A DNA stretch of 64,000 bases from Girardia tigrina. Lineage: Eukaryota. This document shows, piece by piece, positions 1 through 13,499 of the stretch. The notes beneath the pieces are model-generated. The model saw nothing but the letters and a program-made list of their open reading frames with translations. It was not told the origin of the DNA and did not search any database. Both the position numbers and the translations under genes were made by a program. The stretch spans positions 62,001-126,000 of the forward strand of contig MQRK01246750.1 in assembly GCA_001938485.1 (NCBI GenBank). The letters are read 5' to 3'. The number at the start of each line of letters is the position of its first letter. Position 1 is the stretch's first letter.

Positions 1-219
1 ATAAATAATTATTCTTCGTATAAAAATAAAAATCAGTTTGTAAGTTGCTTTAAAATATATGTTAAATTTTAAAAAATTTCGAAGTTATAAATCATAAATT
101 AAATAAATTATTTATAATAAATAAATAAATTAAAATTAATTTAAAATATAATAAATAAATTATTTGCATAACTTATACTTCATTTTATTGTTTGAATCCC
201 ACTGAAATGACTGACCGAA

Positions 220-745
220 TTATATTCTGAAAGAACAGAATCTTCTCACAACTGTATTTTGTTTGAAGCTAATATCGAGTTTAATACAATCACTCATAAC
301 AAAACATTCGATTACAGATGAAATACATTTTCTTTTGAATTCCTCATTGCCTAAATCGCAAATGCGATTCGGTAATTGTAGTCGAATTGTGTATATTAAG
401 AGCTCTAATATGATTTCCAATACTTTTATTGGCATCTTAACTCAAATTGTCTCCAGGATAATTCTCCACAAAACTTTCGTAGCTAGACATCGTTCTTCAT
501 TGATAAATTTTTAGTTCTATTTTTGAACCTCTAATTATTTGAACAAATTTAAATTACAATTCCTTACTAAAATAAATTTAAATTATTTTCAAAAATATTT
601 AAATCAATTTCAAATAGATTTTAAATATTTTGATTAAAATTGTATTTTATATTTATTGATTAAAATCTTCCATCTGGGTGGGAGACACAATTCTAAAAAT
701 ATCAAACAAAACATACAATAAACACCATTCAAAAATATTCCTAAC
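220..745 (+). mobile_element. Highly decayed Penelope-like element fragment (RT thumb to GIY-YIG); member of a dispersed family
   Basis: Homologous to 31935-32420 (inverted), 28080-29280, 44600-45148 and 55330-55862. Translations FLLNSSLPKS, FIGILTQIVSR and SIWVGDT resemble PLE RT-thumb and YVGET motifs. Confidence 0.4.
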
Positions 746-1153
746 AGTGTCAATAACATTTTTTAATAACATTTGAATAACTAAAAACTTCTTTTTTGAC
801 TAAATCATTTATGAAATTTTGTTAGATTGAAATGTACGGTATAAAATTCTGAGCAAACAGACAAATAATCAAATTTGCTACATTGTATATATAGATTATA
901 AAAATTGTTTGACTAAATGCAGTTTTTCTATGCGTCTTTCAATCTTAAAGACACTGAATGAGAATTATGGTATATTTTTATGAATTTTGGGACTTCATAC
1001 ATTTTACAAATCAAAATAGAAACGAATTTATAGCTACTGTTATAAAAGTACCTGAATCTTTAAGGTTTAATTTCGATAAGGTTTGAGAAAGACATCCTCA
1101 AAATATTCATATATAATAATAATATATGTATAATTATATATATATATATGTAC

Positions 1154-3383
1154 TAGGGCGTCACTTAAAAAAAATTCGAAATATTTATTTCTCACCCTTT
1201 AAATCTGTTTTATTTGATATAAAAACTGTCCTAGGAAAATATTATGCAAATATTTTAATATTTAAAGGTAGCCGAACGATCATAAAAGTTCGCATTTTGT
1301 GACTGAAAACCATAAGAACAGATTGAGACATGAAGAATGAATCTATTTATAATGTGTCAAATAATTTTTATTAAATTTCATCAGGTTTTAAATCGTAAAA
1401 CAATTAGTAACTTATACATAATTTGTAAATCTTAAATATTTTGTTTTAGTCACTAATTTTAGATATCGTCTTAGTGATAATATTTTAAAATTTTAATATA
1501 ACATTTATGAATTTATTATTTCTTTTTTTTTAATTTGTGCAAACTAAACAAATAGAATGTATATTTTGGTTTTGTTGATATATTTATGCTTACATGGGGA
1601 CTCGTTCTGAAACACAAGTGTACCTACTTGGTTATACAGTGACTGAACCAGTAGGAGCTAAGTTACCTTCAAATCGTCAAGTATTTGGATTGTTTCTTCA
1701 TCTTCATCTGACTGAAATGCTCTCTACTCACAATGCTGCTAAACAGGTTATCATATATGTTTTATCATTTAAGGAAACGGCCAAGCTTCCAGTCAGACAA
1801 GTGCATCATTGTATTGAGAAATTAGAATATCTGTTTAGTCAGTGGAAAGTTTTGAAGAAACATAAAAACCGTCAAACAGAACTGTACAAACAACAAGAGA
1901 ATGAATTCATTCAAAATTTAGAAAATTTGTTTCATGTGCCTCATGCAAAAACATTAAACATGAAAAACATTCCTGAAGACAAACTGTTTCTTCTAGCCCA
2001 ACGAGAAAATGGTCGCCTTCGTGTAATGAGGTCTTTTGACATGATACCGGTTGAAAAGAAAGACGCATTAATAAAGCAATTGAGAATAAAGAAAAAAAGG
2101 TTTCGTAAGGCCAGAGTATGAAGAAAAACTTAAAACAAAAAGCACATTGTCTGCGACCTCAAGTGATGATGATGCAGACAGAGATGGTTTTGAAGTCCAT
2201 CGTAGTCCATCTCCAAAGCGATCTTTCAGAGCGACTGTTAATATCATTACTCCAGGTCTTACAGCTGCTCTCGATCGAACTGGAATTTCATCCCGTCTAG
2301 CTATATATGCTCTTGCTGAAACAGCGAAAATTTTTGGTCATGACCTTGCAGATTTTAACGTCAATGGAATTTCGATCCACCATCATCGCAAGGAACATCG
2401 AGCTCAGTTTATGAATTAAAGTAAAATTCAGTTTCCCGTGGATACCTGTCTGGTGGTTCATTGGGATGGAAAACTAATAGAATATATCACTGTCAATCAA
2501 TATTTTGATAGACTTCTAATAATTGTTAGTGGTGAAGGAACAAGTCAGCTACTTTGTGTGCCAAAGATAGCTTCTTGAAGATGTTAGATGCAAGCTTCTG
2601 CAATCATGGTAACTCTTGAATCGTGGGAATTGTGTGATTTACGTTTTGATACAACTTCTGTCATCACTGCATGTGGCTAGAAAAAAAGCTATGGTGCAGT
2701 CTTCCTTACCTTCGCTGCCGTCATCATATCATGGAACTACTGATTGGTACTGCTTTTGAGAAAGCAGCTCAATGAATGTGTTTATGCCTTCCAAGTATAA
2801 AGATATTGAAGAAATTTAAAGAGCGATGGAACACCATTGACAAAAATATATTTCATGCTGCACTAACTGATGCTTATGTTCAAAGTAAAATTGTCGATAT
2901 TAGCGATGACATTTTAGAATTCGCTAATCAACAATTGTAGGATTCTTACCAAGTTACTAAAAATCGTGTATCAGCTCTTCAATTGATAAATGATATAGCC
3001 GAAAGAGGTGTAACACTCATTCAACAATATAACAAGAGGCTCACAAACAAAAAGTTGTTGCAGATCACCGGCAGTTATGTCCAACATCAAATAAGATTCA
3101 TTTACAATAACAATAATTAATTTTATTAATTGTAGGGAACAATGAATATTGCTTGTTATTTTATGTTTGTTCTATACATGTTGCTAATTTGTATTTAAGT
3201 CTTCATACCAATAAAAAAAGAAAAAAAATATATCGATTTTTAGTGTACTTGGGTGACCTTTAAATATTATCTAATTTCAAAATAATTTGACGCCGGATGT
3301 TTTTGGAGTAAAAGGAACCACTCGATGAGGTGAGAGCGTTAATTTTGAGAAAAGTAATTCTTTCCTAATAATGAAGTGACACC

Positions 3384-3386
<3 letters not shown>
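1154..3386 (+). mobile_element. hAT-superfamily DNA transposon, probably hATm-like; internally deleted pseudo-transposase
   Basis: TIRs TAGGGCGTCACTT (1154) and AAGTGACACCCTA (3386) match 12/13, with a subterminal TAATATTTAAAGGT inverted match. Fragmented ORF carries KLPSNRQV, VVHWDGKL, FDTTS, CRHHIMEL (CxxH) and NDIAERGV. Flanked by (TA)n. Confidence 0.7.
1594..3060 (+). pseudogene. hAT-type DDE transposase, frameshifted and deleted
   Basis: ORFs 1594-2121 and 2147-2419, then D (HWDGK), D (FDTT), CxxH and E (AERG) motifs in broken frames. Confidence 0.65.
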
Positions 3387-3427
<41 letters not shown>

Positions 3428-4496
3428 CTTTAAAATTTGTTTTACAAATTTTACTTTATTAATTAATACTTAAATTACAATACCTTAAATTCATACAAAA
3501 ATATAAAAACACTATTAAAAATAAAAAAAATTGTTCTCAGTTTAAAAAATTTAATTTAATAAATTTATATTGATAAATAATTATTTTAGTCATTATTCTT
3601 AAGTTAATTAAAACTATGTTTCTTTTGAGATTTTCTATTGTTTTACTTATTTTATCTGTATTTACAACATATAGAACTTGTGCTATGAATAATGTATACT
3701 TCAGTTAGGAATATTTTAAAAAAATTCCTTTTTTATGAGTTTGGAAACAAATTTTAACAGAGTTTTATTTAAACAATTGAAATATTTGAAAATGAAGAGA
3801 ACTGTCATTGCAATAGTTAAAATAATAACAAAAATAGTAACAATATTCAAAGAAGAATAGAAAGAAGAATAACATTATAAGTACTAATTTTAGTATTATT
3901 TATATATTTTATTATTATTTATTACTTATATACATTAAGCTGATTTATTCACAGATTTTTATAGCACGAGAACTTTATTCCAAAGTAATAAATAAATATT
4001 GACACAATAAATAAATATTTTATATATTAAACGTGTAAATTACTTAAAATATTGTATATGTATAATTACATAAAATTATTATCTTTTTTTATAAAACAAA
4101 ACAGAATAAATTAATAAATAAAAAATATTCCAATTAAATAACCTTCATGGGTTCTGTTCAAGGTTTTACTTTAAAGCTGATAAAAGAAGTATCAAAGCTG
4201 GAGCTTTAATCTTTACAAATGACAATTATTCTTTATAAATTACTCAAAATAAATCCAGAACATTATTTTTATTATTCCGATCTCAAAAACTAAAATATAA
4301 GAACTCAACTCAATCCCCAAAAAACAAATTCCAATCTAACAAATGCTGCATTAAATTAATAATTATACAACAATTCTTAAAATAGATTATTTTTCTTATT
4401 ATTTCTTAAAAAATGATTATTTTTTAAGTGAAATTATGATTTCTAATTCTGAATCAACTCTCATCGAAGATAATGTCCATGCATCTAACAATTTTA

Positions 4497-4537
<41 letters not shown>

Positions 4538-4540
<3 letters not shown>

Positions 4541-4848
4541 TCTTGTGATCGCAAGTTTAGTATTTCGAAAATATAATTTGATTAAAGCTTTTTTTTATAT
4601 AATTATTGGACATGTTTCGATGTTTACATACGTCATCATCAGCAATTTTCGGATGTTTAGTAAATGAATATTGAATTGTTTGAAAAATACAATTTTAATA
4701 GATACTTTTAAAGGTAACCAAAAAATTAATTATTATTATTTAATTAGTATTATTGGGTAATAATGGCAAAAAGAATATTTTAATTAATGTAAACATCGAA
4801 ACATGTCCAATAATTATATAAAAAAACTTTAATCAAATTATATTTTCG

Positions 4849-4853
<5 letters not shown>
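4538..4853 (-). mobile_element. Mini Penelope-like pLTR unit with inverted partial copy, inside (TA)n/(GA)n
   Basis: 4561-4629 is inverted at about 4787-4853. It contains a hammerhead and has the same end sequence as 33059-33232. Confidence 0.6.
4605..4646 (-). ncRNA. Minimal type-I hammerhead ribozyme
   Basis: Reverse complement: attg CTGATGA t GACGT atgtaa ACATC GAAA CATG TC caat. Core complete, stem II has one mismatch, stem III is the palindromic CAUG, cleavage site GUC. Confidence 0.75.
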
Positions 4854-4892
<39 letters not shown>

Positions 4893-4896
<4 letters not shown>

Positions 4897-5863
4897 TGGC
4901 TTATTTAAAAGTTGAACTTTATGAATTTTCTTCTTATTACAGTATTTCTTTTTCTGAAATTTAAATTATTGTTTTTATTAAAATAAAGATTGTTATTTCT
5001 ATTTTGCATTTTTTTAAATGTTTTTAACAAATTTTTAAAGTCGTTGATGTTTTGCCAAACTGCCAAGAGATTTCTTACAGATCAGCGAATTTTAATCTTA
5101 GAAGAGTATATTTAATGCAGTGAATCAGCATTGGCAATAGCGCAAAGACGGTATTAATTATTAGCTTTTGCAGGATGGAAAATGACTCTATCAAACTTCT
5201 TAAGCTTTAGGTGTCCTTGATGAACATTCACCCAAACTATTTGGATAAACCAACCTGACTGAGACGGATAACTGTATTACAATTAATACTCAGAATTGGC
5301 GCACAGGATAGTGAATCATAGACTCTGTATTGATTAGAAACCATTTGACAAAACAATGTTTTCTGGTCCTGTCACATGTTTTCGGATGCAAGAGTACAAG
5401 CTTTCAATGCACCGGCACGATTTGGCTTCCCTTCATGACCAGTCGTATTTCTTCATTCGGTGAGTCTGAAGACTTGTAGCTGAATAAAAGCAATAAGTAC
5501 AACGGAGAAACACTTCCTTATCAGTTATATTATCCTGTTCCACGTTCAAATTTAAAGGTCCAGTATGTCTTTCTGTTTCTCCTCTTTGTGCTACTAGGAT
5601 ATTCATAGAACCATTACTTTGGATTCTATGATCAATTAATAAATGCCGTCGTATCCTTAACATTCAAAGCAATATACTTCAAAGTAAATTTGTAAATTTT
5701 ATACAAATTTTTTAAACATACTTCCTCACTTAAGAAACTCTTAACAGTTGATTCTTTCTAAAAAATCTTTTTTTAGTATATTTATACAGGTTTTATATTT
5801 CTATTCTTTAAGATTTTTATATTAAATTTTCTACTTTTCAGGTTTTAAATTGGTCACTTTGTA
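4893..5863 (+). mobile_element. Decayed Tc1/mariner (rosa-like) remnant
   Basis: Around 5405-5485 resembles WPPRSPDLxxxDFFLWGxLKxxVY. Degenerate ends ggtggcttatttaaaagttgaa and ttcaggttttaaattggtcact. Confidence 0.35.
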
Positions 5864-6793
5864 TTAGGTATTTTGGCAAAGACTCTCGTGTCCACCTAAT
5901 TGAGGGTGTTTTGGATGACATAAATATTCATATTATAAAAACTATATTCTTCTTTGTGACCGGAAAATAAAAGTTATACCATCAAATTTATTTGTTAATA
6001 ATAATAATACATATTGGTAAAATTGCGTATTTATGTTTTTAATAAATATATGAAGCTATTTATTTCATTCCTCATTCTAGTAGTTAATAACACGTATTTT
6101 ACGTAAGCTTAGACTGGTGTCCCGAACTCCATCAATCCTTTACATTAAAATATCATGCCCAAAATTAAGTAAATTTTATACTATTAATCAATTTAGAAAT
6201 ACATTTTATTTGTACAAATAATGTCTTTGTAAAAATCTTAAAAAAACTGTTTTCCCATACTCCAAAATATTTTAGTCGGCATTTCGTTTAAATTTAAACA
6301 AATAATCTGAAAATAAATTAAATAATTTGTGAACATGAATGTTTACTGAATTAGAAAATTTATTTAACCGAACGGTTTTTTTTTCATTTTCGATAAAGAA
6401 AAATAATTATTTTTGTTTATTTTGGAAAGTTTTTGGGTTTGAAAATTATTCTTCTTTTATTTTTAATTAAGGAAAGAATTTTCACTTTAACAATACGAAA
6501 TGGGTTTATTTCATACCATCGAGTTTCTAAAGCTTTTGATCACTTAAGATCACTTTATTTTGGATAAGGGTTTAATTTGTCTTTAAATACTTTTAAATAA
6601 TAAATAATTAATAGAGTACTTTTTATATGTAATTTGGAAAACTTGTAAAGAAAAATAAGTTTTCTTCATCTTTTACACTTTTCTCAAAATCAGTATTTGT
6701 TTAAAATAATTTATTCAACCATATAAAATGCTGATTTAAGACCTTTAAAAAGAATAAACATAAATAAGAATATATAAAAGAATTAAGATTATA

Positions 6794-8051
6794 TTAGGTG
6801 GGGGAAAAGAAATCCATTATTTTGACCTGAAATTCAAAACTTTATTTAACATGCTTCGGATTGTCCTCTTGGAGTCAAATATGTACCGTTTTGTTGTATA
6901 ATTAGTTGCCATTTCGAAGGTAGCTTCATAATGCCTATGTCGTAGAAGTCTTGGTCCTTATTGGCGAAAACTGTAGTAATTGATATACACTATCTTCTAT
7001 TGATCCCAATTTCTTATCACTCAGGAAATTTTGCAATGCGAGAAAAAGGTGGTAATCGCTTGGTGGATTATATGGTGGATGCATTAAAACTTCCCAACCA
7101 AGCTCCCTGAGTTTCTGGCGAGTCACTAGAGACGTATGTGGTCTGGCGTTGTCGGGATGGAACACAACACCTCTTCCTTTGGTCAATTCTGGTCGTTTCT
7201 CATCAATTGCTATCTTCAAATGGTCCAGCTGTTGACAGTACAGATCTGAATTTAGTGTTTTGCCATACGGAAGCAACTCATAATAAATGATTTCTTTCCA
7301 GTCCCACCAAATACACAGTAGAACCTTCTTGGCCGTTATTCCTGGTTTGGCGACCGTTTGAGGTGCTTCACCGTGCTTTAACAGCGATCGTTTTCGTACA
7401 ATATTGTCGTATGTGATCCATTTCTCATCCATAGTAACCATCCGTTAAAGAAATGGGTCGATTTCATTTCGTTTGGCCAAGGCTTCACAGATGGAAATTC
7501 GATCCATCATGTTTTTGGTGTTAATTGGTGTGGAACCCAAACATCAAGTTTCTTTTTGAATCCTGCTTTGCTTAAATGGTTTAAAACCGTTTTGTGGTCG
7601 ATCTTCAGCTCCTGTGCGATGCTACGACTACTAACATGCCGGTCAACTTCGATCATTGCCGAGATTTTATCGACATTTTCAACGATAGGCCTGTCTGTAC
7701 GAGGTGCATCTATAAACATCAAAAATGCCTCCACGAATCGACGAAACCAAAATTGCGAGTAATTAGCTGTTACAGTATTGGCACCATAAACACCATTCAC
7801 AATAACAGCCGCTTGGCTGCATTTTCGCCTTTATCGAATAAAAACTATAAAATATACCGAATTGTTTCTTTGTTGACTTCCATTTTTAACACCCCGTAAC
7901 TCAGAACTGAATAAAAAAAGCAAAAAAAAATTTTGTGAAATTACTGTGAAATGTTACCTTGACAAAGAGCATAAATTTGAAATTGTTTGATCGATAAATA
8001 ATGAATTAAAATAATGGATTAAAATAATGGATTACTTTTTCCCCAACCTAA
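6794..8051 (-). mobile_element. Mariner element (DD34D type), full length, frameshifted transposase
   Basis: TIRs TTAGGTGGGGGAAAAGAAATCCATTATTT and AAATAATGGATTACTTTTTCCCCAACCTAA with TA TSDs. Motifs WVPHQL, TMDEKW, HPDNARPH, PPSDYHLF. Confidence 0.95.
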
Positions 8052-8690
8052 TATTAATCTAAAGAAGACCAAATAAATATAACTTAAATAAGCTAATGTA
8101 TATTATTTCTAAACAGCTGTTGAACAACGTTAAGAGGTCTAGTTGGAGGTATAATTGAAGGTAAAGTATTTTATGGAAGAGATTACTATTGTTGGTTTAG
8201 GATTTTGTCGAATATTCTTCAAACTAAATCACTGAAATGAGCTTGGATTATTTATTTTATTTTTACATCACAAATTTCCCGGAAGAATATTTTTGTCTGG
8301 ATTTTACGTTCTATTTTTTTAATTTTTCAAATCAGTATTTCCAACGATTTTAAAGTATAATCTTTGTATATAATTTATTATGGCTTTAATATTTTAATTT
8401 ATGATTTATGACAGTTTCTTTATTTATCCGTTTTTTGACGAACGGTTTTTTTTAATTAAAATGAACAAATACGAAATTATTTGCCAAATATGAATCAACA
8501 TCAATCAAGTTCAAATGAAGAAACTATGACAAGTAAAATATGAATGGTTAGTAACAAGTTTCTGATTGCACAAAATATATAATTCTAAAATTTTTATTAA
8601 GCATTAAAACTTTTCCAAATATTATTAATGTCTATACAAAGTTGCATACTCTCAAATAACATACTCTCATAACATACCTTATAACATCAA

Positions 8691-8841
8691 ACGGTGTGCC
8701 GACATTTAAACACGCGTCAGATAAACACGGCGACATATAATCACAACGACATTTAAACACACGCCAGATAAACATACGACATTTAATCATTCATTAAGTG
8801 TCGTGTGATTATCTGTCGCGTGTTTAAATGTCATGTAACCG
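8691..8841. mobile_element. About 150-bp MITE with subterminal tandem repeats (MULE-like)
   Basis: Ends ACGGT...ACCGT. Repeats of GACATTTAAACAC and CAGATAAACAC on the left, inverted on the right. Confidence 0.55.
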
Positions 8842-10237
8842 TTTCAAAAGATAGACCACGCTTAATCGGATAACCTTTCCACAATGTCCTTGAAGGCCTT
8901 ACTCGTGTTGAAATTTTTCAAACTCTCAAACACAATGGAACATAAATGAGCATCATCCCTGGAAGATGCACGAAGCTGCTCAATGCTATATTCCTAGATT
9001 GGTAATCATATAGAATTATAACTCTCCGAAAACCTTTGGTAAGAGCTGCGTGGTTATCATAAAAAGATCCTCGTATATGGTTTATTATTAAGCTGTGATA
9101 CTTAAATAGGGTTTAGGGAATTTCAATCACGCAACAGTGTACTCAAATGTCACCGCTTCGCATTTTATCTATTGCTTTAAGTGTACATATCCTACATTAT
9201 TCAAATAATTAAACTTATTTATCGTCACTCGTATTGCGTTAACTTCTGACTTTTGTTTTCTTTGCAATTGATCTAAAAATTATGTTCTATAACATAAAAC
9301 CCCCAAAGGAAACCACCTGAAAAAGACTTCAAACAAAAATCGCCCTTCTGTCGGTGAAAAACTGCTTAAGTTGATAATTTTTATGTTTCTTCATATACTT
9401 TACATTACCATAAGTAAATGGATAACCCCTAAAAATAAAAAAAATATTATCTCTTATGAAAAACCTAAATTGCTTTGTGTATTTAAAAAGAATCCAATTA
9501 TTTTTTATCCATAAATATTGTTCTAAATCGATCATGACATTTAAATCTTCAAATGTCTTCCCAATGTCGTTATAATGAATATAAATAAATTTTTTAATAA
9601 TATTTATCTTTTTACATACACTATGCAAAGAAATTAAAACAAATATTTTGCTTCTTATATTTTTTAAATATCTTCAAAATTCAAAACTTATTGCTATTAT
9701 TTTTTAATTTGTCATTATCCTATAGCAATTGTGGCATATCAATTTTATAGAACACTAATATGATTTTCAACGATTTTATTTTTATCACATTTTGAATTGT
9801 CTTAAGAACAATTCTCAGTGAAACTTTCGTAATTCGATATCTAGCTAAACTGACAAGAATTTTTATAAAGAATCGCTTAAAACAATTATTCGAACAAATT
9901 TTCATTTTATACATTTTGTGATTTGATTTTTTTCAATTTTAACTTGTATAATTTTTTCAATGATTTTACCTTTTATTATTAAAAAAAAACATTTATTTAA
10001 TTGATTTAAAATTTTGTTTTAAATTATTTACTTTATCAAAATTAATAATTTGTTTTAAATAGTTTCATATCCTATTTTTCATATCACTCCTCACGAACAT
10101 TAAAAAATACCAATTTTTTATCTGAGTCAGTGAAGCCCATTTCCAAATACTTAATTAACTCAACATTTTTGGCCACCCATCTCTTTTAAGAATTGTATGG
10201 TCTTTAGATGGGATATTTAAACCAAAAAGTCTATAAG

Positions 10238-10760
10238 ATCCACGATATTGGGACGTCAGCCTTTTGCTTCCACACACGATTTTGCAATCCAGTGAGAAAC
10301 GACAAGTCATTGGTAGCAGTACGATTATTCTGCATCTCTTTGGCTGTGTAAGTAGACTTAACACATCCGCAAACGAGCATCTGAAGATTCCTCTCAAAGT
10401 CAGATCTGTAAGGCGGTATACCAGATGTGTTTCTAAGGGGCTCATTTCTGACACTCCTGTCGCTGCAGCATTCGGATCGACGATTGGTACTTGAGTTGCG
10501 TTGTCTTCTGGTATCGCATTCAGTGATTGATTTCTTTCTTCTGATTGTCTGGACTGATTTGTTCTGATCGGAAATATTTGGACTAATTGTTTTTCTTCAA
10601 TTTTGTGCGCTGTTCTGAGTTGTCTGATGAGTCATCTGTTAGTCTTGTAGTTTTTTTCTGCATAGATGGCAATCAAATCCTTCTGGCCCTTCTTCTTGAG
10701 GGATTCTTGGTTTATAATCTTATTTATCGTGTCGATTCAATTCTGTCTGCTCTGCGAATT
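10238..10760 (-). mobile_element. 3' fragment of the zinc-finger RTE-like LINE family
   Basis: Translates to CHLCRKNYKTNR.LIRQLRTAH and RGIFRCSF..VKSTYTAKEMQN, homologous to fingers 2 and 3 at 36668-37130. Confidence 0.65.
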
Positions 10761-11466
10761 CCCTGAAACAAGATTTGTATGAACAGTGAAACAGTTTCAT
10801 CAGTGGTCTGATGAGTTTTAGCATGTTTTCTTATGTGCCAAAATGACATAACTTAACATACCAAATATATAACAAATCAATAACAAATTCATTTTTGTCA
10901 TGGTAAGTTTTAGTGCTAAGGTATATTTGTTCAATTAGTCGTATTAAACACAAATAAAATATCCTTTATAATTTGAGTTTTATAAAATCATTTGGGAAAA
11001 GGAAAATGTAAAACCTGTAGAGAAAAATATGTTAAAATAACTTTTCTTGCAATTTTATTATTCTTTTAATTTGTCAAAAAAATAGTAAATATTTATCTAG
11101 AAATTTTATTATAGGACGATTTCTTGTGTTTATTGTTTGAATTTATTGCAAAGTTAATATTTGTATTGTGAAATTAAATTGTTTTGTTTTAATGTGACTC
11201 TCCAAAACCTAAAAAGTAAACGATTTTTCATGGAAAATTATTTTTTTATCATGTCTTAGGCTTATAATTTTTACTGAATGTTTAATACTTAAAGTCAAAA
11301 CGAATTATGTGTTGAGATTATTTTGATGTAAATTGTTGAAAATTTATTTTTCTTTTTATTATATTATTAATTTAATTTTAAAGATTTACCAATCAAATCA
11401 GTATAATATACGACTCGTTGTTTTACCAGTTTTCGGTTTTTTTAGTAACATAATTTTAATAACATA

Positions 11467-12662
11467 TTAGGTTGTTCGATATGAAATGGGTCAAACTTCA
11501 CACCTTACATTTCAATCGCGTATAACTTAACTTTGAACTATCGTATGAAAATAAATAAGGTATTTCTTGACAGATATATTATNNNNNNNNNNNNNNNNNN
11601 NNNNNNNNNNNNNNNNNNNNNNNNNNNNNNNNNNNNNNNNNNNNNNNNNNNNNNNNNNNNNNNNNNNNNNNNNNNNNNNNNNNNNNNNNNNNNNNNNNNN
11701 NNNNNNNNNNNNNNNNNNNNNNNNNNNNNNNNNNNNNNNNNNNNNNNNNNNNNNNNNNNNNNNNNNNNNNNNNNNNNNNNNNNNNNNNNNNNNNNNNNNN
11801 NNNNNNNNNNNNNNNNNNNNNNNNNNNNNNNNNNNNNNNNNNNNNNNNNNNNNNNNNNNNNNNNNNNNNNNNNNNNNNNNNNNNNNNNNNNNNNNNNNNN
11901 NNNNNNNNNNNNNNNNNNNNNNNNNNNNNNNNNNNNNNNNNNNNNNNNNNNNNNNNNNNNNNNNNNNNNNNNNNNNNNNNNNNNNNNNNNNNNNNNNNNN
12001 NNNNNNNNNNNNNNNNNNNNNNNNNNNNNNNNNNNNNNNNNNNNNNNNNNNNNNNNNNNNNNNNNNNNNNNNNNNNNNNNNNNNNNNNNNNNNNNNNNNN
12101 NNNNNNNNNNNNNNNNNNNNNNNNNNNNNNNNNNNNNNNNNNNNNNNNNNNNNNNNNNNNNNNNNNNNNNNNNNNNNNNNNNNNNNNNNNNNNNNNNNNN
12201 NNNNNNNNNNNNNNNNNNNNNNNNNNNNNNNNNNNNNNNNNNNNNNNNNNNNNNNNNNNNNNNNNNNNNNNNNNNNNNNNNNNNNNNNNNNNNNNNNNNN
12301 NNNNNNNNNNNNNNNNNNNNNNNNNNNNNNNNNNNNNNNNNNNNNNNNNNNNNNNNNNNNNNNNNNNNNNNNNNNNNNNNNNNNNNNNNNNNNNNNNNNN
12401 NNNNNNNNNNNNNNNNNNNNNNNNNNNNNNNNNNNNNNNNNNNNNNNNNNNNNNNNNNNNNNNNNNNNNNNNNNNNNNNNNNNNNNNNNNNNNNNNNNNN
12501 NNNNNNNNNNNNNNNNNNNNNNNNNNNNNNNNNNNNNNNNNNNNNNNNNNNTGTGTTGACAACATGGGGGGATATTTTGATTAAAAATAAAATGTTATTA
12601 TTTAAAAAAAATCGATTTACATTTTACTTTAATTTTGACCCGTTTCATATCGAACAACCTAA
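11467..12662 (+). mobile_element. Mariner element spanning an assembly gap
   Basis: TIRs TTAGGTTGTTCGATATGAAATGGGTCAAA and TTTGACCCGTTTCATATCGAACAACCTAA with TA TSDs. C-terminus CVDNMGGYFD* follows the gap. Confidence 0.85.
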
Positions 12663-12666
12663 TATA

Positions 12667-13068
12667 ATAAGATCCACAATAGGCCTTTTATTGGGACGTC
12701 AGCCTTTTGCTTCCACACACGATTTTTGCAATACAGTGAGAAACGACAAGTCATTGGTAGCAGGACGTTTGTCCGTTTACTATTAAAGATAGACAACCTT
12801 TGTAGTAAAAGCAATGGACATATATCAAAAATTTAAAAGCATGACATTATATATATGAGCCCCTTAGAAACACATCTGGTATACCGCCTTACAGATCTGA
12901 CTTAGAGAGGAATCTTCAGATGCTCGTTTTGCGGATGTGTGAAGTCTACTTACACAGCCAAGGAGATGCAGAATAATCGTACTGCTACCAATGACTTGTC
13001 CTTTCTCACTGGATTGCAAAATCGTGTGTGGAAGCAAAAGGCTGACATCCCAATAGGAGGCCTATTGT
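12667..13068. repeat. Patchwork of LINE 3'-end copies (direct and inverted) plus a copy of 13640-13725
   Basis: 12667-12762 matches 10233-10319. 12763-12848 matches 13640-13725. 12856-13054 is the reverse complement of about 10247-10445, and the block ends GGAGGCCTATTGT. Confidence 0.8.
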
Positions 13069-13499
13069 AAATTAATAATAACATAATTTACATATATGAC
13101 ATATTATATACAGGTTATAATGAATTACACTTATCACAAACAAACAATAACGAAACTACATGACAGACACAATTCCAAATCAACATGCAACATTCCAACA
13201 CAAAACATCAATTATTCAAAATACTCCTCACAAGGGGAATGATGTTTTTATTTTTAATTATTTAAGATTGTTCAAGATGTAAATTAAAAATAAAATTTGT
13301 AATTTTTAATTCCGATTTCAATAAATTATATATGCATATTTACCTTAAAAAAGTAATTACTGTTAAAAATTAAAAAGGACAAAAAACTCTTTAAAATTAT
13401 TTTAGTTAATTTGAAAGAAAAATTATGTATTTGATAAAGAAAAAAAGAACTGTAAAACAAAGGAAATTGTAAATTGTTATGATTATATCAATTGCTTTA

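Noticed and set aside
855-897. Helitron-like 5' end (A|TCTATATAT) on the minus strand
   Set aside because: No matching 3' hairpin and CTRR found.
8700-8830. CRISPR-like short repeats
   Set aside because: No unique spacers, eukaryotic context, and the repeats are inverted at the right end as in a MITE.
10795-10820. CTGATGA motifs here and at 10624, 16499, 21685 and 59003
   Set aside because: No stem II plus GAAA plus UH arrangement, so they are not called hammerheads.
11533-12786. Long ORFs (also 33057-33563 and 57823-58104)
   Set aside because: Artefacts of N runs.
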